Positions 12,889 through 24,868 of a stretch of 64,000 nt of DNA are shown here, one piece after another. Under the pieces are notes generated by a model. The model ran no database searches and was not told where the DNA came from. It worked only from the letters and a program-made list of their open reading frames with translations. This stretch comes from Leucoraja erinacea. Lineage: Eukaryota. Position 1 is the first letter of the stretch; each line of letters starts with the position of its first letter. A program made the translations under genes and the position numbers. The stretch lies in the NCBI RefSeq assembly GCF_028641065.1, contig NC_073390.1:13578001-13642000 (forward strand). The letters run 5' to 3'.

Positions 12889-15800
12889 ATGTCGTGCGGC
12901 TCCGCTGATTACAGGTGACCACTAGCCCGGCGCACGGCCGACGGTCGCCCATCTCCATCCCTCTGCTCCGACTCGCTCGTAAACGAGGTGTTCGGCCGTG
13001 TGTGTATGTGTGTGTGTGGGGCGGGTGGGCGAGGGTGCGGACAGGGCCGCTCCGCCTCGGCCCCAGGCTTTGTTACGCCCGACAGGCCCGAGCGTCTCCA
13101 CGGTCCGTTTGTTGCTCACGGAGTCCCTCCCACTGGGGTGTGAGCGGCGAACGGGCGGAGACGACCCGGCCTGCGGACGGACTCCCGCACGCACGGGGCC
13201 ACCCGGCGGCGCACATGGGGAAGGCCCACCGATTCCATGCCGACCGTCCATTGTTCACACTGGTTCCATGTCGTCCCACTTTCTCATCCACCACCTGCAC
13301 GCCCCTGTGGCAGTTTTACAGCGGCCATTTAACCTACAAAACCCGCACGTCTTCGGGATGTAAGATGAAACCGGAGCACCCGGTGAAAACCCATGCGGTC
13401 ACAGGGACAACGTGCAAATTCCGTACAGACAACACCCGAGGTCGGGATCGGACCCGGGTCTCTGACGCTGTGCCACGGCGTTCTCAACACTTTATGGTGG
13501 GTTTATTTGACTATTTAATGGCTTTTATGAGGCCAAATCCCGTCCAGTTCTTAGTTTTGGGTGAGGCATAGAATAATCATCTTTAAACTTGACTGCAAGC
13601 TAATTATTTATTTGGTTTATATCAGGTGTATTTGGTTATTATAAGAACTTTATAGTTATCAGTGATTTAAAAAAAACGTTTTGCTTCCAGCACCAAAGAT
13701 CATGGCCCAGATGGGATGGACCCAGACGGCGTTATCGAGGTGAGTGTCCTGCAGTATATCCAAATTAAAAACAAACTCGGTAGAAATGCTCTTTTAAATT
13801 GAAGTTTGTGGTTTTGTTTTCTAGAGTAACTGGAATGAAATTGTCGACAATTTTGATGACATGAACCTGAAAGAGACACTCTTAAGAGGAATCTATGCTT
13901 ATGGCTTTGAAAAGCCATCTGCAATTCAACAGAGGGCAATAATGCCATGTATTAAAGGTGAATGTTAAGTATTTTGTGGTAAGGATAGTTATCTTACAGT
14001 TTACTTTTGTTTTTCCTGTCGTAGTTTGGAAGAATTATTTGGGCTAGGCAATGTGGCATTTCTGTTACTCTAATTAAATGGGTTGAGATAATAATCAGAT
14101 TGGTACATTTCAATTTAAGCTTCAATTTAAACCTAGAGTGAAATGATGTTTTACCATCTTTCGGGACTGACATTCAATGGAGACATACTTACTATTACTG
14201 ATCACTCTAAGTTGACTGAGCTTTTCTCGCTTGCGTGTAGCAGTGTAAGATTGCCATTTATGGGATATTTGTCATATGCAAAGTGTTATGCCTCTACCTG
14301 TAACTTTTTTTTAAATTTATTTTTTATTTAATTCTTTATTTCGAACAGAATAAAAAAATAAGTGAAACCATACAAAAAACAAACCAAGAATATTTAGTGT
14401 CATAAACAATATTTATAAATACATGAAATCGTATGTGTCCGAAAAGGAGCAGGAAGAAGCCAAAGCTTATTAATTCCCACCCCTTATTCAACTGCTTATA
14501 ATTAGCTTATACAAATTTAGCAGCCATATGTACACCAGCAGCTATTCGTACACCAAATTATTTATATTTATACACTAATCAAATATTTACAGCCATACAA
14601 AAAAAGAGAGAAAACCCTCATATACTATATAGTATCTCTTAGTATACAACCCATCACCCAATACTCGCCCTTCCCAATACAATCAGTATAACAAATATCC
14701 CACTTACAATCACCTATCCTCATCCCAATATCCTTTTAAAAAAAGTGTTTTTGTACATCATTTTAAACTGAATTATGTTTGTGCTAAGTTTTATCTCCTG
14801 TTCCTGACCATACCACAAATTCACCCCACAGATTGGTAGGCAAATACTTTTAAGAGTTGTTCTGACATTGAGTTTTTTTAAATTATGTTCCCCTCTCAAA
14901 TTATACCTGCCCTGTCTTTCCACAAACAGTTTTTGTATATTTCCTGGAAGTAAATTATTTCATGATTTGTGCAGTCTTAAATTTAACCAGATCGGTGAAC
15001 TTCAGTGTATGTGACTTTAAGAATAATAAATTGGTATGTTCAAGATATCCAACATTGATAATTCTTATTGCTCTTTTTTGTAATGTGCATAACGGCTGTA
15101 GGTTGGTTTTTGTAGGTGTTGCCCCATATCTCCACACAGTAACTCGGATATGGCAATATGAGCATATTATACAGAGTATGTAATGTCTACTTGTTTATGA
15201 AAGAATTTTATTGTAGTGTGTACATCTTCAATGAATGAAAACATTGAGCAAAATTTGGACATTTAATAAGTAATCATGTCTTAATCTAGGTTTTGATGTC
15301 ATTGCCCAAGCCCAGTCAGGAACTGGCAAGACTGCTACGTTTGCAATCTCAATCTTGCAGCAGCTAGAGCTAGATATGAAAGAATCGCAGGCGTTGGTTC
15401 TGGCTCCTACTAGGGAGCTGGCACAGCAGGTACGCAATAGCTTGTCAAAAGTTTGATCTGATTGCACTTTGGTGGATTATGTTATTGCTGGGTTATGTTA
15501 CTGAAGAATTCTGGAACTGCTAGATGTTATTAGATCTTTAAATGTCTCCAAGGACGTTGCGTCCAATCACATAATGCGCCCGTCACTCGGCGGCCAATCA
15601 GACGCAGTCTCTTATGGACGTTGCGGCCAATCACCGACCAGCTTCCCTTACTGAAGCAGAAGATGGCCGCAGCCAAAACCACTTTTTCTGTGCTGTTTTC
15701 ATACAGTGCTAGGCAAAGAGACATTTCAGATAACATTTTTTGTAAATATCTTTTTAGCTGTATGAAGTCATTTATTTCATGAAATATTTATCTTTTGGGG

Positions 15801-18800
15801 GTTATTTTACTGGTTATGTGTTTTGACAAGGAGACACCAGTGAGTTCTCTTGGAGAGAGATAAGTCTATTGAAACTTCTGTGACATCAGGTGTACCACAG
15901 GGGACTGTCACGGGTCCATTGCTTTTCCTACTGTATATCAATTTCATTACAAATGCAGTTTCATCCAGAGATCGATTTTGCAGATGATGCCATAATTTAT
16001 TGAGAGTTTAAAACACCAGAAGACAGCTTGTCCTTACAGAAGGATCTGGATGCACCCTGAGTGGGGGAAAAACCTGACAGATGTTCAATACAACTAAATG
16101 TCATACAATGCATGTTTCACACAAGATTAAACCACTTTGATCGGAATACAACATGGGTAGCCATACATTGCTTGCTGTCGACCATCACCTATATCTAGGA
16201 GTCGAATTAAGCAAAGATTTAAGTTGTGCGACGCATATTAGACAAGTGTCTAACAAAGCAAATAGAACTCTCGGCCTTCTTAACATAATTTTTCACACTT
16301 GTACATCCGTCAAAGAGAATGCCTACAAGTCCTTGGTCAGGCCCAAATTGGAGTATTGTAGAGCCGTATGGGATCCTTTCAATAACAACAAGATCACCCT
16401 GGAGAAAGTACAAAGCCGAGCAGCCCCCTTTGTATGTAATGACTACAAGCGCAAATCAAGCGTGAATAATATGCTGACTTCTCCCAGATGGGATACCCTG
16501 GAGCTCCGCAGAATCCGGCTAAAACATTTTGTAATTTACAAGGAGATTCACAAAATCACGCCATCAAATTCCATCATCCCAGAGCACCACCTGCTATGAA
16601 ACAAGACAAAATAACGGCCCCTCAATTCGCTAAATTCTAATACACTTTGCTGCCAATATTCCCTTTACCCAAGGATGATAAGGGAATTGAATAGGTTACC
16701 ACCCAACACACGTGCTGCTCCCAATTTTGTCATTTAAAAAGGCAACTAGATCTCCTCAACTTGGTCAAAAAGGCCCACTTCAAAATTTAATCACTACTCT
16801 GCTCACTCCAACCTGCGCAAGATAACCACTGATGAGGTGTTTGCACATTAATCGACCAGAATTAAAAAACAGAATTGGAAGAATTCTGCTTCTGTTATGT
16901 AAACTACCAGCAGAAAGTTTGGGAATCACTTTCGATTTTTTGAAAATGCAGGAGCCCTCTGAACACCCACTTGGGAGGCCTGACCGGCCTCCTGGAACCC
17001 CGGCCAATACTTCCTACTTTTTTTCTGGACGTGAATATCATGCCTGCAGTTCTTTGGGGAGTGATTTGTGAATGTCGATTTTGTCATATGTGTTTTTCTG
17101 ATTAATTGATGGTCTCGTAATTCTGAAAAGGCTTAACTATTTTCTCAGAACCAGAAATGGATTCCTCAACTGAGTTCCTACCATTTTTAAAAAACCCTTT
17201 TCCAACTGCAAAAATTTGTGGTGTATGTTAATTTAGATGGGCCCTGCAGGTTTGACTCCAATTGCTGATGAGATAATCAGCATCACAACCCTAATCTAAT
17301 TTTCAAATGTACTTTATCCTTATCTCTCATCTGATTACTGATCTATTATAATTTATCTTGATTTGAGAGATTAACGGTGTGTATGCATTGTGCCTTTTCA
17401 CGGTAAATTCATTGCGGGGGTGATGAGTTTGCTGTAAGAGAAAGGCTTTGGAATGAAGGGAGATATCGAAGCTTTATGATTGAATTGTCTTTTTAAACTT
17501 CAAAGCAAAATGCCACTAAAACCTGTCGGTAATGTTTTGTACAGAAACAATCCAAGTACTTAATAATTCCTTTAGATTCATTTGTCAATGGGGTGACTTG
17601 GTACTCTGGAACTGATAAATTGGCACGAGAGTCAAAAGATTTGTACGTAGTGGGCATTAAAATGTCTCGTGATGTATTGAAGGGGAAAAAAGCCGAATAA
17701 GTGAATAATTTACAAAGTTCTTGTTTGATTACAAAATACTGTAGTTCTGTTGACTGCTTAAGAAATTATCATGGAGAGTGCAATTTAGACTTATCAGATT
17801 CAAACATTGACTTCAAGGATTAGATGACATCAAGAATTATGTAAAGTGGGTTTTTATTTCCTGGCATAAAAGAAACTATGTGGTGACCTGAAAATAACAT
17901 TTCAAAAATACATGCTTTGCTTTTCCATTGTTTGAGGTAGAGTATAAAAGTTTTGCATGCATGGTAGAAATTGGAACAGTCGGCAATAATGTTTTTTAAT
18001 GACCGATAACGCACACCAATGCCTCTACTTCCTCAGGGGACTAAGGATATTCGGCGTGTTTCCAACGGCACTTACCAACTTCTCCATACTATCGGGTTGC
18101 ATCATAACTTGGTTTGGGAACAGCTCTGCCCAGGATCTCAAGAAATTGCAGTGCATCGTGGGTATAACCCAGTCCACACAGAACAGAAACCCACCATCAA
18201 CCATCCACAATTCGTGCTGCCTCAGGAAAGCAGCCAACATAATCAAGGACTACTTTCACCCTGGTCATTCCCTCTTCTCCCCTCCTGATGGGCAGAAGAT
18301 ACAAAAGCTTGAAAGCACATACCACCAGACTTGGTAACAACTGCTTTCCGACTGCTATCAGACTATTGAACATAAATTAGGGTACAGTCCCAATCATTCA
18401 ACCTACCCCATTGTGGACATTGGACTTTTTCTCTTTGCACTACCTATTGTACGTATATGGCTTGATTTTACTCGTATATCATATGATCCGATAGCACACA
18501 AAAGCTTTTCACTATACCCTCTGGACAATACCAATATCATGACAATTATCAGTTTTAAACCCGATTTAAAAAATAAAATAAAAAACGTGTTGACCATTGA
18601 CCGTGTTAACTGCAAAGTGCACCACGTCCCATCCATGTACCTCTGGATCTGACTACTTAAAGTGGTAGGATTGACTGGTGCCAGTATTTTTCCCTATTTG
18701 TACTGTTGAAAATTTCAATTTATGCAAGCTATCGCCAAACACTTCAAGTGTTTTTGGATTAATCTAAAATGCAGTTGTCATTTTCCTCGTGTTATGTAAC

Positions 18801-21035
18801 TGGGTTAGGCTAGTAGCAGACACGAATTAAACAATTTTCCATGAATTTGTTGCAGAGAAATTTCAGTGTTTCTCTTCCTCTCCCAAAATTGTAGAATTCC
18901 AAACTTTCATGGAGTTATAAAATCATTGCTGATGTATGTAGGTTATGTTAACCAAATAGTTTCTTATCTTGTGTAGGCAAAGCTGAATATATAAATAGTC
19001 ACATTAGTAAACTAGTAGCAATTGTACATTTGTGCTATTTTAACTGGAGGATTAAGTTGGTTTTTATCCTTTTTATAGATCCAGAAGGTTATCCTGGCTC
19101 TAGGGGATTACATGGGTGCTACTTGTCATGCCTGCATTGGAGGCACCAATGTTCGAAGTGAGATGCAGAAGCTGAATGCTGAAGCTCCCAACATTGTTGT
19201 TGGAACTCCAGGGAGAGTGTTTGACATGTTGAACAGGGGATATATATGTGAGTATTGACCATAAATCCAAAGCCCTCCAGTTCTGCAGAGTGAAATGGTT
19301 TGTAATAGTATGGGAAGAGTTGAAATAGAGATGAGCCGTTGAGCCAGGCATGCATACAATTTTCAGATTTGATTGGATCTCAAGTATGGAAGGCTTTAAA
19401 GCAAGGGAGGACAACTGCATTTTAACAGTTGGTCCAAAAAAAAGTGTTAAAATTCAGATTTTTTTCTTGATCAAAATTTGTAGTCGTGAACTAGATTACT
19501 GAAGCTATGTCATCTTGTACTGATTTAATGGTTAAAATGTTTCTTGCAGCTTCCAGATGGATCAAAATGTTTGTTTTGGATGAAGCTGATGAAATGTTGA
19601 GTCGTGGATTCAAAGATCAAATTTATGAGATTTTTCAGAAGCTAAGCACAAACATACAGGTAAACTGGGCTGTTTTCCAATGTGAGATCGCCATTTATAA
19701 ATACTCTGGAGAGAGGAGCAGAAAGTTTCCAAATGCTGGTAGCTTTCCTTCTTCTTAAGCACTCTGCTAAAATGACAAAGTTCAGGTCCCCTGTCTTTTG
19801 TGATAATGCCAGTAGAGTACACCGGGGAAGGAGAACAATTGCACAATGCTATGCAGCTAGGATGGACTAACTTCAGTGTCCAGTGTCCTTTGACTTTAGA
19901 CTGTGCTACAATTTTTTTATTTTTTAAATAATTTTTAACACTAATTAATACTGTGTTCATGGGAGTTGAGATGAAATGTTTCTGAGCAAACAAGGATAAT
20001 GCCTTACTTGCTTCTAGTTACCACTTTGCCATGCATTCTATATTTGGCTAAATAGCAATGTGTTTAGCAGTTTAAACTGATCTGGAGTAGGGAGATTCAG
20101 TTCTTAATGTGTGATAGAAGTGCCAAATTTTTCAATATGATTAGCGTTTAAACAGGCATAATTATGATATGCAGAAGTGAGCATATCAGGCTGAATTAAA
20201 AGCACAGCTAATTAACTTTGTTCTTAGGTTGTTCTGTTATCTGCTACTATGCCAAGTGATGTCTTGGAAGTGACTAAAAAGTTTATGCGTGATCCAATTC
20301 GTATCCTTGTTAAAAAGGAAGAACTCACTCTTGAGGGTATCAAGCAGTTTTACATCAACGTAGAGAGAGAGGTTTGTTGAACACACTTTACATGCTGATT
20401 ACATACTAGTGGGCCAACTAAATAGTTTGGAGTTGGTGCGCTATTGGATGCTCATTTCAGACTCCTCATCTTCCAACAGGAATGGAAGTTGGACACACTG
20501 TGTGACTTGTATGAAACTCTAACAATAACGCAAGCTGTGATTTTTCTTAACACAAGGAGGAAGGTCGATTGGCTGACTGAAAAAATGCATGCAAGGGACT
20601 TCACTGTCTCTGCGTTGGTAAGTTTCTAGATTTTCTAAGTTTCTAGATTTTCCCCTTTGGAGGAGTTAATCGAACCTATGGATTGTTGAAAATTGTAATG
20701 GAACTGGGATATAATTGTAACATTAGGTATCCGATGGGAAAGAATATGCTAGGAGTGTAGGAACAGGGCCACCTGCATTGCTCTTGATGCGGGTAGAGAC
20801 ACTGGTTTGAATGGAAGCCTCCTACATTATATTTGAAATTTTTCAGTGGGATTCTTTACTTTGCTTACTCCAAGTAATGCATTAAAGTATAGTGTTTGTC
20901 TCTTCACGGCAGCATGGGGATATGGATCAGAAAGAACGTGACGTGATCATGAGGGAATTTCGTTCAGGATCTAGCCGTGTGCTCATCACTACTGACCTAC
21001 TGGTATGCACATTAGTATTTTATTTGGGAATTTAC

Positions 21036-21074
<39 letters not shown>

Positions 21075-21621
21075 AATCTCTTGGACATTATGGGTAGATA
21101 TAAGTGGGGGCTTATCTAGCTACTGTCTTTGTTGTACAATATGCACATAGTTAATTACGTTAATTGATCCATTTTACTATTCCTCGGCATGGTTCTGTAT
21201 TTGCTTTGTGAAAATTGCATATAGCTCTGAATTTTGAACTCTTTTAAATGATTTAATTGCCTTTCAAAGTAATTGACACTCTTTCCTTAAAGGCTCGTGG
21301 CATTGATGTGCAGCAGGTGTCTCTAGTAATTAACTATGACTTGCCTACAAATCGAGAAAACTATATTCACAGGTTAGTGTCTTTTATATTGCGCTAAACC
21401 TGTTAGTGTGCTCATAGTATATTAAATTAAAGCCCTGCAGTCAGGTGTAACTCATCTTGATTTCTTCTTCACACAGAATTGGCCGTGGTGGTCGCTTTGG
21501 AAGGAAGGGTGTTGCGATTAACTTTGTTACTGAGGAAGATAAACGAATTCTTCGTGATATCGAGACATTCTACAATACAACAGTGGAAGAGATGCCCATG
21601 AATGTGGCTGATCTGATCTAA
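12889..21621 (+). CDS. EIF4A2: Eukaryotic initiation factor 4A-II (DEAD-box helicase), complete; exons 12889-12914, 13691-13739, 13825-13957, 15290-15429, 19079-19247, 19550-19659, 20228-20371, 20480-20617, 20913-21002, 21293-21372, 21477-21621
   Basis: Exons sum to 1224 nt (407 aa + TAA), all GT-AG. Starts [28 protein letters not shown]; motifs [40 protein letters not shown]; ends [11 protein letters not shown]. Hosting SNORD2/SNORA81 and lying tail-to-tail with RFC4 distinguish it from EIF4A1. Confidence 0.97.
14136..14207 (+). ncRNA. SNORD2: Box C/D snoRNA SNORD2 in EIF4A2 intron 3
   Basis: C box ATGATG 14143-14148, guide CATCTTTCGGGA followed by D' CTGA 14167-14170, D box CTGA 14198-14201, terminal stem TAGAGTG/CACTCTA. 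Closely resembles the human SNORD2 sequence I recall, in the same host intron. Confidence 0.92.
14325..15190 (-). mobile_element. CR1/L2-superfamily LINE 3' fragment in EIF4A2 intron 3
   Basis: Remnants [31 protein letters not shown] and YNLRG..ICGVNLW; A-rich (AATAAA)n tail at ~14325-14345. Confidence 0.75.
15550..15675 (+). promoter_or_regulatory. Promoter-like module in EIF4A2 intron 4 (three CCAAT boxes plus YY1-like site)
   Basis: CCAAT at 15563, 15594 and 15627; AAGATGGCCGC 15660-15670; local CpG cluster in an AT-rich intron. Confidence 0.55.
15850..16890 (+). mobile_element. CR1-superfamily LINE fragment in EIF4A2 intron 4
   Basis: [58 protein letters not shown], with frameshifts. 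Confidence 0.8.
19746..19913 (+). ncRNA. SNORA81: H/ACA snoRNA SNORA81 (mir-1248-overlapping family) in EIF4A2 intron 6
   Basis: CCTTCTT..TAAGCACTCTGCTAAAAT...ATAATGCCAGTAGAGTACAC...GTCCAGTGTCCTTTG matches recalled human SNORA81. Two hairpins, H box AGAACA 19832-19837, ACA 19908-19910. Confidence 0.85.
20650..20829 (+). ncRNA. Candidate H/ACA snoRNA of unassigned family in EIF4A2 intron 8
   Basis: Hairpin-hinge-hairpin-tail: TTCCC/GGGAA and ACCTATG/CATTAGGT stems; H box AGAATA 20741-20746; TAGGAG/CTCCTA and ACCTGCAT/ATGCGGGT stems; ACA 20824-20826 three nt from predicted end; about 83 nt upstream of the 3' splice site. Confidence 0.62.
21037..21070. repeat. Poly(C) tract in EIF4A2 intron 9
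   Basis: Run of about 34 C. Confidence 0.9.
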
Positions 21622-22053
21622 TGATGGCATGAGAACTTGCATTTGCAGCTGCTGAATTATCAGGCTACATGGTGCGTTGTGCTGCTTCACCAGAGTTGTT
21701 GAATTTCTTCTCCCATGTGCAAACAGGATCAGAAATCCAGCAGTGATAAGTGACTTGAGGAAGGCCTTTGGTTATTATCCTCCTACAGTGTTGACTGCTG
21801 GGTTGGGAAGTTTAAGTCATGGGGTGTTTAAATGTATATGCTGTTCAGTGTTTTGAAAGTTCTCTAGTAGCATTTCTGTTTGATATTCTTTATCACTTAA
21901 TAGTTTACTTATGGACTAAAAAATTTAAGTGCTGTATTAAATCAGCCAATTATGTCAAACTGGCATACCTACAACTATTTTAAAATGAAGCTTGCCAATC
22001 AACTGGTAATGTATGTGCACTTTTTCTAGTAATCTACCACATGTATTTGTATT

Positions 22054-22059
22054 AATAAA
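22054..22059 (+). terminator. Probable EIF4A2 polyadenylation signal
   Basis: AATAAA about 430 nt after the stop codon, followed by GT-rich sequence; further AATAAA hexamers lie downstream. Confidence 0.55.
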
Positions 22060-23597
22060 ACATTTGAGTTGTGCAAGGATCTGCACTGTTTTGGCTTTCC
22101 GGTAGCTGTTTGCCTACGATATGTGTGCAAATAAGATTTGGAATTCGTTTGGAGAGAAGCTGGGTGTTGTAACTGCATTCCATCTTTATTTTTGTAACTT
22201 TGTAGTTTTGTTTATTGTATATGGGCTGTTCTAATTTATGTATTATATCCCTATCCATCTATAATATTTATGTTTACTCTGAAAGGCAACTGACTTACAG
22301 ACTGCTCAAAAGTAAAATACAGATCTTTCAACTTTTACACAATGTCATTAATACTTTTGGAAAATAAATGTATAGCAAGTATATTGAGGTTTGCATTCAA
22401 CTATCCCACTAATTGTGGTTGCCATTATAGACATGCACCAGAATGTGAAGTATGGAACAAGAAATGTTTGGATGCTGTCACTGAATTGCATTCTGAATTC
22501 AAGTTGTTGGCATGTAAAGCTATTAAAGTTGATTTGAGCATGCATTTTGATATTTAACAGGCTGGTTGCCAGGAGATTCATCTGGTTGTGTAAACTCGCA
22601 GCTTGAAGATTTGTGTAGGGATTATAGAAGTTAACCAGTTTTCATAATTTATGAACAGTGAGACATGGCTGCTAATTTTTTTTCACCAAATACATGAGAA
22701 ATTACCCTTTTGGTTATGTTTATTCCTCACCAAAGGCCATCATTTTAGATTAGGCAGGTGTGGTTGGTCAATGTACAGAGGTGAATAAAAAGTACTCGTC
22801 CAGATTTGGTGGTTCTTGTCTCGGTGGAATAAAATTGGTGCCTCAATTTATAACAGCTAGGGTTATGTAGCTGTGGCCTACACTGGTAATGACTGGGATT
22901 AATCATGCACTATATCATATGTGAGCATTTGCCATTAATGAAAATAGTGCACTTTTGTGTTTTGCTGCAATTCAAGATTAACCCCAAGAAAGGGAGCTAG
23001 TTCGAGGGAGCCTGTTAACTTGAATCAATAAATTTAAATGTACTGCCGCCTAACATTAAATGGTTTAGTAGAGGGATGCAGTGAACCATTTGATCAGATT
23101 GTACACATTTATCAATGCACATGATTATACATTGATAAATGAAAGAGGAAATGTAGTTTTCTTGAGCCAGCACAACTTGCATCTTATTGTATTTAGCTTC
23201 ATGTCTGCTTCTCTAAATGATATAAATTCTTTCCTCGATCTCTGCTCCTTGCAGCTGAAGGGAATGAAATGTTGTAGGTTGTTAAATTGTTAATGATTAT
23301 AGTTGCCTTTGGTACAAAAATGTTTCCACACTGCTGAACTAAAGGATGCCAATAACACTTGAGCAGAACTTTTTATTGCACTTGTTAGCATTTTATTAAA
23401 GTTATCTGAAATGGTATGCACTGGCATGTCTTTTAATGGAGTGTGGTGATGTCCCTGACTTTTTGCTGTGGCAGCAATATCACAGCATTCACAGGTTTGG
23501 ATTTTAATACAGACCAGAGACTAGTATAAGAATCAGTTAGTCATGAAGTGTGTAAATGGGCTCTTTGGTACTAGTCCCATATCTTAGTGTCTCAACT

Positions 23598-24208
23598 AAG
23601 GATTCATAGCAAAAGGATTTTGAGTATAGGAGCAAGGAGGTCCTACTGCAGTTGTACAGGGTCTTGGTGAGACCACACCTGGAGTATTGTGTACAGTTTT
23701 GGTCCCCAAATCTGAGGAAAGACATTCTTTCCATAGAGGGAGTACAGAGAAGGTTCACCAGACTGATTCCTGGGATGTCAGGACTTTCATATGAAGAGAG
23801 ACTGGATAGACTTGGCTTGTACTCGCTAGAATTTAGAAGATTGAGGGGGGGGTGGGATCTTATAGAAACGTACAAAATTCTTAAGGGGTTGGACAGGTTG
23901 GATGCAGGAAGATTGTTTCCGATGTTGGGGAAGTCCAGGACAAGGGGTCACAGTTTAAGGATAAAGGGGAAATCCTTTAGGACCAAGATGAGAAAAACAC
24001 TTCACAGAGTGGTGAATCTCTGGAACTCTGCCACAGAAGGTAGTTGAGGCCAGTTCATTGGCTATATTTAAGAGGAAGTTAGATGTGGTTAAAGGGATCA
24101 GGGGGTATGGAGAGAAGGCAGGTACAGGATACTGAGTTGGATGATCAGCTCATGATCATATTGAATGGCGGTTGGTGCAGGCTCGAAGGGCCTACTCCTA
24201 TTTTCTAT
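23598..24208 (+). mobile_element. CR1 (HER1-like) LINE 3' fragment between EIF4A2 and RFC4
   Basis: [45 protein letters not shown]. Confidence 0.88.
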
Positions 24209-24862
24209 GTTGGGACTACTTTTCTCTTGCGTAAGGCGTGCACAGCCTACAGTTGCAGGTCAACTTGATCTATTTGTTCTCGTCGGGTTAATTGCATTAG
24301 TCAAAAACGGTGGACCACATGAAGGTTGCAATCTCCCACCACTTTCTCTGAATGTGTGTTTTGTACATACCAAGAAAAATGCATATTCTCCTATCCACTA
24401 CAGTGAATCATTGAAAAATACACTGCTCATTTCATCCTTTATTGAAAGGCTTAAATGAGCCATAAGACTGCATTTGGGTCCCAACTTTTTTTTACACAAT
24501 GTGTCTCATTTGAACAAGTGAAAGGTTTGTGTGCAAATGTTGGTCATACAGTTGAAGACTGGAATTTTAATATAATCTTGTGACCACAATGCAAAGCAAT
24601 AAACCATAGGATTTGAGGAAGACTGATTATTGCTGCTGGTCAGAATAGTTTTGGAGCAAAAAATGGTTTAAATAATTTTACCAACGTACTTGCACAAAGG
24701 GCATGCAGGGAATGTTAGTTTATAGCTGGTAGGAAATATTAGAGCTGGGCTAATGATTGATTTTATCAGACAGGATGTGGTACAATTAAATTAATCCAAA
24801 CCAGTAATTCAGAGTAACACACACCAGGTCATAATTCAAAGGCACCAAGATTAATTTCATAC

Positions 24863-24868
24863 TTTATT
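24863..24868 (-). terminator. Probable RFC4 polyadenylation signal
   Basis: AATAAA on the minus strand about 85 nt after the RFC4 stop codon. Confidence 0.6.

Noticed and set aside
12442-13571. GC-rich ORFs around EIF4A2 exon 1 (for example 218 aa at 12915-13571)
   Set aside because: Stop-poor CpG island plus a SINE; no recognisable protein.
21070-21225. Possible H/ACA RNA (SNORA4 position) in EIF4A2 intron 9
   Set aside because: One plausible hairpin and ACAATA, but no convincing second hairpin/ACA or similarity to SNORA4; needs cmscan.
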